Shown here: positions 8,206-17,052 of the stretch, one piece after another
Layout of the letters: each line of letters opens with the position of its first letter
Numbering within the stretch: position 1 is the stretch's first letter
Source: an uncultured Methanosarcinales archaeon
Lineage (GTDB): Archaea > Halobacteriota > Methanosarcinia > Methanotrichales > Methanotrichaceae
Reading direction: 5' to 3'
DNA length: 64,000 bases
Assembly (NCBI GenBank): GCA_963843555.1
Contig: CAWJKV010000016.1
Span: forward strand, 45,700-109,699
The notes under the pieces: model-generated
What the model was told of the DNA's origin: nothing
The model's database searches: none
The model's input: the letters and a program-made list of their open reading frames with translations, nothing else
Position numbers and translations under genes: made by a program

Positions 8206-8220
8206 GCTCACTCCTGTCTT
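8198..8220 (+). pseudogene. Possible N-terminal stub of a HicA toxin (MNKLTPV...)
   Basis: TTG start overlapping the end of hicB. Resembles the HicA N-terminus but is cut off after about 7 codons. Confidence 0.4.
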
Positions 8221-8690
8221 AGTAAAAACCTTTTGATTTTTCTCTACCTCAATAGTACGAGCAGCATAGCTGTTCTCTTTAAAAAAACCAGAGAATAAAC
8301 TGTTGCCCGGAACACTCCAGTATCTTCGGCAAGTACTATAGACGGTGATACTTGATTCAATCCGTGCTGGCTAAGATCGTGGCCGACGACCGGAAATCCT
8401 GCCGCCGACACCGCATTGCCCAGAAAGACTATGGCTCGTTGCTCGGCATATTTTCCTTTAGCTTCATCCGCCCCTCAGGCAGCTCTGGATCAGTCCTCCG
8501 GAAATAGCTCACTGCTGCCAGCACAGCAATGATGAGAACCACCCAGTTGAGCCATCCCTGCCAGTAATGAAGTGTACCCGCCCAGAGCATAGACAATAAC
8601 AGGAATTATAAGGGCCGCCTGGCCGAACCTGATTATCACAAGCTTCCTCAGCGCATTCAGCCTCTGCTGCTTAAAATTGCATCATCTCCT
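8221..8690 (-). pseudogene. Isoprenylcysteine carboxyl methyltransferase family membrane protein remnant
   Basis: Fragments in different frames: GTLHYWQGWLNWVVL..SYFRRTDPELPEGRMKLKE and FLKENSYAARTIEVEKNQKV. The 3' half is missing. Confidence 0.65.
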
Positions 8691-9207
8691 ATTGCATCAT
8701 CATGCTCTGTTCGAATTTTTCCATTGTCAAATCCCTTAGAATATTTGCTGATCGTCAAGATATTAAAAAAACGTGCACATTTCCAGGGGAAAACCTACAA
8801 ATCATAAGGTAGCGACCTTCATATTAAGAATTCTAATTGTCGATATTGATTTTATTGAATTTGCGGTCATGGCTATGATGGATGGGCCAGTTGATGTTTT
8901 CCGGGTGTCGCTCTGGAGGAAGATCCTGCAAAACATCTAGAAATGATTTGCGCAGAAATATGCAAATCTATCCAGAACCGAGCCGCCTTTCCTGGGGAAT
9001 GGGCAGGAACCCTCATGGCAGAGGAACTATTGTATTTGCAAAAAGGCTCCGCAATATGCATATTACATATCTAGTAGAAAATTATCCAAAAAAGAATATT
9101 TCTATATATCTAGATTTTTCAGGCATTAACCACCAGAACGTATAAATATTATCGAGTGTCAATTTAGTCTAACCTGAAAGGGTTAAAGGGGTGAAATTAT
9201 TAGACAA

Positions 9208-9630
9208 ATGGGAGTTCTATTGGTATTGGCTATGGCTATTCTATCCGTGCCAGTTATGGCGCAGGGCCAAAGCGGCAGCGGTAGCGTAGACATCCTCGGA
9301 ACCGGCATATATGAGACAACTGGAGCTGCCTTCAAGTTCCCGTATTTTGCGAACACTAACCTCGACCTTCTGTCGGTTGGAAATGATAAAGCTTTGGCCA
9401 TTGGGAGTATCTGGCAAACGACACCCATGACCATTGCCACGAACAACCTGGAGATCAAGAAGAATCAGGATTCTGGAGCGTGCGACTGCTGTACCAGCGG
9501 CGATTTATCCTGCCAGGACTGCTGCCTCAAGGTCAATCTGGAGCAGATCACAGTAGGAAACAGGGAGGCCATGGCGTTCGGAATGGCTGTTGCCACCAAC
9601 AATGTGAAGATCGTCACCAACCAGCAATAG
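9208..9630 (+). CDS. Secreted hypothetical protein with two internal N/Q-rich repeats and a Cys cluster
   Basis: Signal peptide; NLxxxxVGNxxAxAxG...ATNNxxIxxNQ occurs twice; CDCC and CQDCC motifs. Confidence 0.75.
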   Translation: MGVLLVLAMAILSVPVMAQGQSGSGSVDILGTGIYETTGAAFKFPYFANTNLDLLSVGNDKALAIGSIWQTTPMTIATNNLEIKKNQDSGACDCCTSGDLSCQDCCLKVNLEQITVGNREAMAFGMAVATNNVKIVTNQQ

Positions 9631-9659
9631 CTCGAGGTCAGAAAGACCCAGGATCATTT

Positions 9660-10313
9660 ATGAATAAAATGCATGGACCCATCGGCCTCGCGCTGATGGG
9701 GGCCGCTTTTGTTTGTTTTTGTATTATGCTCAGCGCCTCGGCAGCCCATATGCCATCAAATCTGCCGGACTTGCAGAACGAGTTAAGGAAATCCAGCTCT
9801 GTTCCTTTTGAACAGATCCCGGACATGCAGCATCGTATTCGAGAACTCATGCCCCAATCATCGCCTTCCAAAGAAGAAGTCGATCTGTTGGGATCATCTC
9901 CAGTGGCCCAGGTTCCGGATCTAAAAGCGATAAATACAATCAAGCAAAGAGATATCGTCTATGATGAGGCCCAGAGTGGGGATCCTGAATCACAGGGTCT
10001 TGTCAATTCCATGGATGTCAGCATCACAGGCCAAGAGCCTGCAAAAAACGATGCTTTCGGCAAGGGTGGAAGTGGGGATGACATAGAAAAAATTGTTGAT
10101 GATGCATTTAACAATCGCATGGAAAATAAAAAGAATGATGGCAGAGCGAAGTCACAGCAGATGGGCAACAATCTGAACATCGATGTGAGCGGAATTTCCG
10201 TCAGCGCCCTGAATACTGTGGAAGGGGGCAGTGCGGTCGCCACCTCTAATATTATCATAAGACCGGTGCAGATCATCATAAGCCCATCCGAGGTTGAAGA
10301 GAAGCTGAAGTGA
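9660..10313 (+). CDS. Secreted hypothetical protein
   Basis: MNKMHG start, hydrophobic N-terminus, C-terminal AVATSNIIIRPVQ similar to the upstream gene. Confidence 0.7.
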   Translation: MNKMHGPIGLALMGAAFVCFCIMLSASAAHMPSNLPDLQNELRKSSSVPFEQIPDMQHRIRELMPQSSPSKEEVDLLGSSPVAQVPDLKAINTIKQRDIVYDEAQSGDPESQGLVNSMDVSITGQEPAKNDAFGKGGSGDDIEKIVDDAFNNRMENKKNDGRAKSQQMGNNLNIDVSGISVSALNTVEGGSAVATSNIIIRPVQIIISPSEVEEKLK

Positions 10314-10439
10314 TTTGTGTAAAAATTTGGAAGTGGGCTTTGTACCAATCTTCGTGCAGAGACTCCATTTCCTCCTTTTCTTATTCGATTCTGAGCTATC
10401 ACAAACTATAAGGGTATTTTGTACCATCCTTTTGTCGAC

Positions 10440-11789
10440 ATGACCATTCAAAGACCGAGAGGCACCCGGGACTTTCTTCCTGAGGAGACATGGAAGCGCG
10501 GCAGAGTTCGCCTTGCTATGCAAGATGTGTTAGAGCGGTGGGGATACCAGGAAGTGGCCACACCCACTTTTGAACATCTAGAGCTATTCACCAAAAAATC
10601 AGGCGCATCCGTGATGGAGGAGATCTACAGCTTCCCGGACAAGGGTGGTCGCAACCTCGCCCTCCGGCCGGAGCTGACAGCTCCTGTGATGCGCATGTAC
10701 GTCTCCGAGCTGCAGAATTCGCCGAAACCCCAGAGGCTCTACTATTTTGGCAACTGTTTCCGCTACGAGAGGCCCCAGAAAGGACGTTTCAGGGAGTTCT
10801 GGCAGCTAGGTGCGGAGCTGATTGGTGGAGCTAAGCCCGATTCGGAAGCCGAGGCAATATCCCTGGCAGACCAGATTCTGAAGAGCCTGGGTGTGAAGGG
10901 AGACATTCACGTCGGCTACCTGGGACTTATCCGGTCCCTGCTCGGCAAGATCAAGGCAGAAGATCGACCTCTATTGATGAGAATGATCGATAAAAAGGAG
11001 CGCGAGGCCCTGAAGGCCTTCTTGCAGGAGACCGGCCAGGGCCATCTCGGCCTGCTGGAATTGATCGATCTAAAAGGCAAAGAGGCCCTGGACAAGGCCC
11101 TGGAGATCGCCCAGGATCTGGGGCCGCTTGAACCCGCTGCGGCTCCCTCTACGAATATGCAAACGGAGCCTTCCCCGGGGGAGCGCAGTTCGGCTCGCCA
11201 GGGCAGGTCTGTAGGCGCAGAGCTCCGGCTGGATGAGTTTCAAGAGACCGTAGATCTTCTGGAGGCCTATGGGGTCGACTTCCAAATAGACTTTGAGATT
11301 GTGCGCGGCCTGGAGTACTACTCCGGAACGGTCTTTGAGATCTATGCGGAGGGGCTGGGCGCACAGCGCCAGATCTGCGGCGGAGGCACATACGAACTGG
11401 CCAGCCTCTTTGGGGGTAAGGAGACCTCTTCTACGGGCTTTGGCCTGGGATTTGATCGCATAATGGAGATAGTGCAGATAGTCGAGAAGCGAAGGTCGCC
11501 CGTCTTTTTGGTCTATATGCCTGATGTCAAAGTAGAGGCAATTAGGATCGCGAATAAGCTGCGCCAGATGAATCAGAATGTTCCGGTCGTGCTGGATGTC
11601 ATGGGCCGGAGCCTGACGGCACAACTTAAGGCAGCTTCCAGCGCGGGAGCAGAGTTTGTGGTAATAATTGGCAAAGACGAGCTGGATGCCGGATCTCTCA
11701 CCTTGCGGGATATGAAAGGTGGCAAGCAGGAGAGCCTGACGCTGGGGGTTATCGAGGAGCGGCTGAGGGCGCATTTTCGGGTTTCGTAA
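10440..11789 (+). CDS. hisS: Histidine--tRNA ligase
   Basis: RPRGTRDFLP, LRPELTA, FRYERPQKGRFREFWQ, RGLEYY and GGGTY motifs. Confidence 0.98.
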   Translation: MTIQRPRGTRDFLPEETWKRGRVRLAMQDVLERWGYQEVATPTFEHLELFTKKSGASVMEEIYSFPDKGGRNLALRPELTAPVMRMYVSELQNSPKPQRLYYFGNCFRYERPQKGRFREFWQLGAELIGGAKPDSEAEAISLADQILKSLGVKGDIHVGYLGLIRSLLGKIKAEDRPLLMRMIDKKEREALKAFLQETGQGHLGLLELIDLKGKEALDKALEIAQDLGPLEPAAAPSTNMQTEPSPGERSSARQGRSVGAELRLDEFQETVDLLEAYGVDFQIDFEIVRGLEYYSGTVFEIYAEGLGAQRQICGGGTYELASLFGGKETSSTGFGLGFDRIMEIVQIVEKRRSPVFLVYMPDVKVEAIRIANKLRQMNQNVPVVLDVMGRSLTAQLKAASSAGAEFVVIIGKDELDAGSLTLRDMKGGKQESLTLGVIEERLRAHFRVS

Positions 11790-11859
11790 GAGCCAGGCTT
11801 AGACGGATGAGGGGCTTCTTCTCGGGAAGGCCTTTTCATTCGTATTACTTTATGCCCAA

Positions 11860-12000
11860 TTAGGTGGATGAGGCGGATAGTATTATCAATAGGAAGAAGG
11901 CCAGGGCCAAAGATAAAATAAGCATAATGTCATGATATTTGTTCTTCAGCAGACCATCCATAACCGTATTACTCCACCGTTGATCCTCAAGATCTGACAT
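11860..12000 (-). CDS. Small 46-aa single-TM protein (not in ORF track)
   Basis: MSDLEDQRWSNTVMDGLLKNKYHDIMLILSLALAFFLLIILSASST, with a purine-rich GGGGATGG upstream. Confidence 0.5.
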   Translation of the reverse strand: MSDLEDQRWSNTVMDGLLKNKYHDIMLILSLALAFFLLIILSASST

Positions 12001-12181
12001 AACCATCCCCCTATAATCTCCTGTAATATTATACGGTGTTTAGCTTTAAGTAGTTTTTTATGAATACATCTCAATTAATATGAGTATTACGGACGAGGCT
12101 GTAGGGAAGAGGCTGTAGATACTCTTACTATGACATAACAATTTTTAAAATAAAAATTTAAAAATAGAACATCCAAAAGGA

Positions 12182-12739
12182 TTAAAGCAGCCCCATGTTT
12201 TCGAGCTGCATCCTGACGATCCGCACACCTTCTTCGCACTCCTCAGGAGATTTGCCGCCCGTCACGACCAGTTTGCCGGAGCTGAATATTAGCACGACCA
12301 CCTTGGGAACTTTTATCCTGTAAACGAGTCCCGGAAACTGCTCTGGTTCGTACTCAATATTCTCCAGTCCCAGACCGAGGGCGATAGCGTTCAGATTCAA
12401 GTCAGTCTTCAGATCTGCAGAGGCCACAATGTTTTGAACGTGGATCTCGGGCTCCAGATCGATCTTCTCGAAGCCTATGGATTTGAGCGTCTTGGCCATA
12501 TTGGTTATGACTGTACGAACATCTTCGACGTTCTTGGCTCCGGTGCATACTACCTTGCCGGAAGTGAATATGAGAAAGGCAGCTCTTGGAGCCTTTACCC
12601 TGTAGACGAGGCCGGGGAACTTCTCCTTGTTATATTCAGCGCCCTCCAGCTCGGCCTCGATCTTATGCAGATCAAACTCTTCTGCCAGCTTGGTGGATGC
12701 CACCACGTTCTCTATATTTATTGTGGACTCCATACTCAA
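12182..12739 (-). CDS. tbp: TATA-box-binding protein
   Basis: [24 protein letters not shown]-like and [12 protein letters not shown]: two TBP repeats. Confidence 0.99.
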   Translation of the reverse strand: MSMESTINIENVVASTKLAEEFDLHKIEAELEGAEYNKEKFPGLVYRVKAPRAAFLIFTSGKVVCTGAKNVEDVRTVITNMAKTLKSIGFEKIDLEPEIHVQNIVASADLKTDLNLNAIALGLGLENIEYEPEQFPGLVYRIKVPKVVVLIFSSGKLVVTGGKSPEECEEGVRIVRMQLENMGLL

Positions 12740-12757
12740 GTATCTCCAGTACTACTC

Positions 12758-12828
12758 TTATAAACTGGGTGTATATATACATGAGTATTTAAGATTTATA
12801 AACGGCTTATAAATGGTTTATAAACTGG
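12758..12828. promoter_or_regulatory. Four TTATAAA (TATA-like) boxes upstream of tbp, three of them phased at 11 bp
   Basis: TTATAAA starts at 12758, 12796, 12807 and 12818. Palindrome GTATATATAC at 12771-12780. Confidence 0.6.
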
Positions 12829-12905
12829 CCGAAGAACGACATCGCCTTATGGAGAATCTGTTACGATTAGAATCTATTATGATTAAATGATAGAAAAAGC
12901 CAAAA

Positions 12906-12994
12906 AGCCGCCGATGGGATTCGAACCCATGAACTGCTGATCTTTCGGACTATCTTACGAATCAGCCGCTTTAACCGGGCTAAGCCACGGCGGC
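12906..12994 (-). tRNA. tRNA-Thr(CGT) with a 14-nt intron (12942-12955) at position 37/38
   Basis: Acceptor stem GCCGCCG/CGGCGGC, anticodon stem GCTGA/TCAGC, loop TTCGTA|intron|A, T-arm ATGGG-TTCGAAT-CCCAT. The TTCG/CGAA helix flanked by 3-nt bulges forms a BHB motif. Confidence 0.95.
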
Positions 12995-13029
12995 CCTCAA
13001 AGTCTCTACTAGCAAATGCAGATGCCAAT

Positions 13030-14301
13030 TTAAGATTTGCGATCCTCACACGAGATCAGCTCAGGCACCATCTCTTGCTCAATGATCTCCTCCGCCAGCT
13101 GGGGCAGGAATATCCCGATATCCGTCACGAGGCCGATGGCCTGAGCCGATCCCCGGTCCATGAGCTTGGTTACGGTTGCTGGATTGATATCGACGCAGAT
13201 GGTCTTAACAAAGGATGGCAGCAAATTGCCCACTGCAATAGAATGCAACATAGTGCCCAGCATTATGGTCATGTCCACGCCTCGCAGCGCCTTGTCCATA
13301 GCATCCTTGGCTTTTGCCGTGTCCGTGATTACCTCTGGAAGCGGCCCGTCGTCGCGAATGGAACCTGCCAGAATAAAAGTGATCCCTTTCTTCACAGCCT
13401 CATACATGACCCCGCCTTTGAGCTTACCCTCCAAAATGGCATTGCGGATTGAGCCGCTAGCCATGATCTCGCTGATAGCGTAAAGATGGTTCCTATGGCC
13501 TCCGGAGATGGCATTTCCCGAGCAGTTCATGCCCAGGCTTGTGCCAAAGAGCTGGCGCTCGATATCATGCACCGCTACGGCATTTCCCGCCAGCAACACA
13601 TCCACGTATCCATCTCGAATTAGTTTGGCAAGTGATGGCGCCGCACCGGTGTGGACTACGGCCGGCCCACAGACCACGGCAATCTTCCCCCCCGCCTTCT
13701 TGGTCCTGACGATTTCGCCGGCCAATTGGCGGACGAGCTCACCGCTGGGCCTCTCTGAGGATACTTCATTGGACATGAATCCAAAGAATGTCTTCTCCCT
13801 GGGGCGCTCGGGCGGCACAACCTTGACCCCTGTTGTTCCAATCACTACCCTATCGCCTTTTTTGATATGGCCGATGGGCGTACACGCCGCCTTGCCATCT
13901 TCAAGGACGATGAGGCAATCCATGTGGTTGTAATCAACCTCCACCCACGAGCCCTGGTAGCGCACGTAGGTGGGATGATTGGTGGTAGAATAAAAACCTC
14001 TGGGAACGACCATGTCTCCTGGTGCTATGCCCGTCCGGACGTCCTCCATCTCAACAAGCTGGGCCCCCAGGGCATGCAGCTCCAGGAGCACCCTGTCCAG
14101 ATGAGCGGCATCCTCGCCTGTGACTGTGATCTGCACATAGCTGGTATCGTTCTTCTTCTGGCCTATCTGAAAGCTCTTGATCTCGAACTCGCCACCCATG
14201 TCCATGATCTTATCCAGCACCCGGGTCAACATCTGCGAGTCGATGAGATGGCCTTCCATCTCAATATCTGCAATCTCGGTCATAAGTTCGCTCTTCACCA
14301 C
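13030..14301 (-). CDS. TIGR00300 family (LOR/SDH-like) ornithine cyclodeaminase
   Basis: EGHLIDS, GFYSTTNHPT, FMSNEVSSE, GPAVVHTG, GSIRDDGPLP and KLMDRGS motifs. Confidence 0.9.
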   Translation of the reverse strand: MVKSELMTEIADIEMEGHLIDSQMLTRVLDKIMDMGGEFEIKSFQIGQKKNDTSYVQITVTGEDAAHLDRVLLELHALGAQLVEMEDVRTGIAPGDMVVPRGFYSTTNHPTYVRYQGSWVEVDYNHMDCLIVLEDGKAACTPIGHIKKGDRVVIGTTGVKVVPPERPREKTFFGFMSNEVSSERPSGELVRQLAGEIVRTKKAGGKIAVVCGPAVVHTGAAPSLAKLIRDGYVDVLLAGNAVAVHDIERQLFGTSLGMNCSGNAISGGHRNHLYAISEIMASGSIRNAILEGKLKGGVMYEAVKKGITFILAGSIRDDGPLPEVITDTAKAKDAMDKALRGVDMTIMLGTMLHSIAVGNLLPSFVKTICVDINPATVTKLMDRGSAQAIGLVTDIGIFLPQLAEEIIEQEMVPELISCEDRKS

Positions 14302-15416
14302 ATCTCTCCGTCCAGGAGCGCCTGGGTTTTATCGTTTGTGCTCATGATGAGTTTGGTGATCCTTATCAGATAACCGTCATCTTCGGGCACTGGCTGGTCG
14401 AAGATAGCCCGAATTCCACTCCTGCGAAGATGATACTCAAATTCCCTGGCCGTTACCAGGCTTTTCACCCGAATCTGCACCTTCTGAACGATATTTTCTT
14501 TGTCCTGCTTTCTCTGGATGGTGTCAACCAGCGGCAAGAGAATGCTCTCCCCCAGGCGCAGAGCCCTCACTTTCCGCTCCTCTGCCGACTCCATCCACTC
14601 CATGGACTGAAAGCCTTCACGAACTGCTCGGGATACAAAGAAGTCCAGAGCATAGTCATTATAGTAGCGAAAGGCTATCTTCAGGTCGCCGCAATTGGTC
14701 TCGGAGCTGGTATATTTCAGGGGTGCCACCTTATTTTCCGGGTCCTTCATCACCACGCCTTCTCGCCCCTGCCGCCCAAGCTTAATCACAATCTGTTTGA
14801 TCCTTTCCGGTGCGATCTCTTTACGAAATTCGCCCAGGAAGGCCGCAGTCTTCAGGCCGAATTCCTGGGCAAATTCGTGCGTCCTTTGCACACCAAGAGT
14901 GCCTTTCCGGTTTTTTTGAGCAATGTCGAAGAGATAGAAGTCGATGGTATCCGTGGGATAGATATCCTTGGGTACATAGGGGTTTTCCGGGCCCACCATC
15001 TCGCCGCACATGACCAGGTTGGGGTTCTCTTCGAATACCTCCCCCGGCAGAAGACTGGCCGCCACTTCAGTGGAATAAGGACAGATAAATCCACCTCTAG
15101 TAAGGGCCACCAACTCTCCGTCTATGGATAAGACGCGCACATTGTGGCCGTTCATCTTCTCCTCGACCGCGACATTGTCGGAAAAATGCCTCTTTATCGC
15201 CGCTCCGAGCATGAGGGGACGGCGGATCTTTGGATAGCCATAGACGACCTCGCCACTCTTAAAAACAACTGTACCGGCCTCGATCCCCGAGGTCTCTTTT
15301 TCAAACCTCAGAAGTCGAGGCTCGGGCCAGTTCGACTCTCTGATTATAGTCTCTTGCAGGCCTTGCAGCCGATCTTCACTTATTCCCAGTCTATCTGCAA
15401 CTTTTCCGAGATTCAT
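14295..15416 (-). CDS. ATP-dependent RNA ligase, archaeal Rnl3 (Pab1020) type
   Basis: GYPKIRR, EEKMNGHNVR, TRGGFICP, CGEMVGPENPY and GREGVVMK nucleotidyltransferase motifs. Confidence 0.9.
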   Translation of the reverse strand: MNLGKVADRLGISEDRLQGLQETIIRESNWPEPRLLRFEKETSGIEAGTVVFKSGEVVYGYPKIRRPLMLGAAIKRHFSDNVAVEEKMNGHNVRVLSIDGELVALTRGGFICPYSTEVAASLLPGEVFEENPNLVMCGEMVGPENPYVPKDIYPTDTIDFYLFDIAQKNRKGTLGVQRTHEFAQEFGLKTAAFLGEFRKEIAPERIKQIVIKLGRQGREGVVMKDPENKVAPLKYTSSETNCGDLKIAFRYYNDYALDFFVSRAVREGFQSMEWMESAEERKVRALRLGESILLPLVDTIQRKQDKENIVQKVQIRVKSLVTAREFEYHLRRSGIRAIFDQPVPEDDGYLIRITKLIMSTNDKTQALLDGEMW

Positions 15417-16201
15417 CTGGTCCTCACCAGATAATCTAAGATAGACCGCCTGGTGATCATGCCCACTACCTCTTCTCGATGGTTGAGAACGGGTAGGCCG
15501 CCTTTGTTCTCGGTGAGAATTATCGACTTTACCTCCTCCAGAGGAGTATCGGCGTAGACGTACCTGACATCATGGGTCATCACATCTGAGACCAGGATGT
15601 TGAAGATGCGGGCGTACTGCTTGCTGGCGGTGTCGTTCAGGTCCCGGAAGGCGCGCATGGATGTGGCCATGTCCTTCTCCGTTATTATGCCCACCAGCCG
15701 GCCTGCCTCCACTACGGGAAGCCTTCCTACGTCTCTGTCCAGCATCATGTGCCGGGCGTGAACCAGCCGGTCATTGGGGTTAGCAGTTAGGGGAAATCTC
15801 ATGGCGTCGGATGCCATGCCGCTCACATTTACGGCCGCCAGGATCTCTCTCGGCCGGACCCAGCCCAGAATCTTGTCGCCATCCACCGCTACCAGCACCG
15901 AGGTCTTCTGCAAGAGGATCATGGCATCGTCCACGCCCATATCCGGCAGGACCTTGATTACGGCATCCATAGTAGCTGACGCTACATGAAGAGAGGAGGC
16001 AGGCATGCCCAGTGATTTTCGGGTGCCAAGAACTCGAGCGATCTGTCTCGTAGTGATTATGCCGCCCATCTTGTCCTTATTGGTCACCAGGAGCCTACGC
16101 TGATCATTTTTCTCCATCAAATCCAGTGCATGGCTAATGCGCTCGGATTTATCGATAGTCATAGGCTCTGTCATGATGTCCTTTACCTGCATTACTTCCA
16201 C
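15413..16201 (-). CDS. CBS-domain protein
   Basis: Repeated LPVV...VGIIT CBS motifs. Confidence 0.9.
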   Translation of the reverse strand: MEVMQVKDIMTEPMTIDKSERISHALDLMEKNDQRRLLVTNKDKMGGIITTRQIARVLGTRKSLGMPASSLHVASATMDAVIKVLPDMGVDDAMILLQKTSVLVAVDGDKILGWVRPREILAAVNVSGMASDAMRFPLTANPNDRLVHARHMMLDRDVGRLPVVEAGRLVGIITEKDMATSMRAFRDLNDTASKQYARIFNILVSDVMTHDVRYVYADTPLEEVKSIILTENKGGLPVLNHREEVVGMITRRSILDYLVRTR

Positions 16202-17052
16202 CTCCCGATCTCGGCGATGATCTCATCGGCTGAGAAGAATCCCACAACTTCGTTGTTCTCCGTAACAGGCATGCCGATGATGTGTTTTTCCTCAAGCGTT
16301 TTGCTGGCCTCAACGGCCTTTATCTCCGGGCTGAGAGAGAATATCGGCGAGGTCATGATATCCTCGGCCACGAAAGGCATCTGCTTCACGTACCGATACT
16401 GTTTTCTGCCTGCAGTGCTCTCTTTCCTGGTCATCTTGATGTTCTTGGTCTCCATCTCATCCTTGGGCCCCATCATCTCCGAGAATGTGAGGCCTGACCT
16501 GGTCACTATGCCCACGGGAGTCGTATTGTCCTCATAGACCAGCGCGCGGCTGACGCCTTGCACATTCATCTCCTCCAGTACATGGCCGATGGTATGATGA
16601 CGGTGCACATTCAAGATGTTCTTACTCATCAGGTCGCCCACAGTCGCTTTGATGTCTTGCTCTGAGAAGTACTTCACCATATCACGGGATGTGATCATGC
16701 CCACTATCTCATCATCGCGTTCTACGGGCAAGCCACTGATATCGTTTTCTATCAAGAGCTCTGCTGCCTGGGACATGGTGGCATCGGGGAATATGGTGAT
16801 GGGTTTCTCAGTCATAACCACCTGGATGGGGACCTTGTCTATGGGCCGTCTGCGCCACTCCGGAGACGCCTGGCTGAGCCGGTTGGTGATATCGTACTTG
16901 GTAACTATGCCCACCAGCTTGCCGCCGTCCATTACAGGCATTCTGCCAATGCCGTACTTGAACATCAGATTCCTGGCCCTTTGGATGGGCTCGTTTCGCT
17001 CAATGACATATATGGGAGCGCTCATGTAATCTTTGACTTTCTTTATGATCAT
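16192..17052 (-). CDS. CBS-domain protein
   Basis: Four CBS motifs. Confidence 0.9.
   Translation of the reverse strand: MIIKKVKDYMSAPIYVIERNEPIQRARNLMFKYGIGRMPVMDGGKLVGIVTKYDITNRLSQASPEWRRRPIDKVPIQVVMTEKPITIFPDATMSQAAELLIENDISGLPVERDDEIVGMITSRDMVKYFSEQDIKATVGDLMSKNILNVHRHHTIGHVLEEMNVQGVSRALVYEDNTTPVGIVTRSGLTFSEMMGPKDEMETKNIKMTRKESTAGRKQYRYVKQMPFVAEDIMTSPIFSLSPEIKAVEASKTLEEKHIIGMPVTENNEVVGFFSADEIIAEIGRWK

Noticed and set aside
11125..11220. Low-complexity insertion in HisRS (PLEPAAAPSTNMQTEPSPGERSS), possible intein or mobile insert
   Set aside because: About 30 aa, with no intein motifs. It lies in the variable insertion domain.
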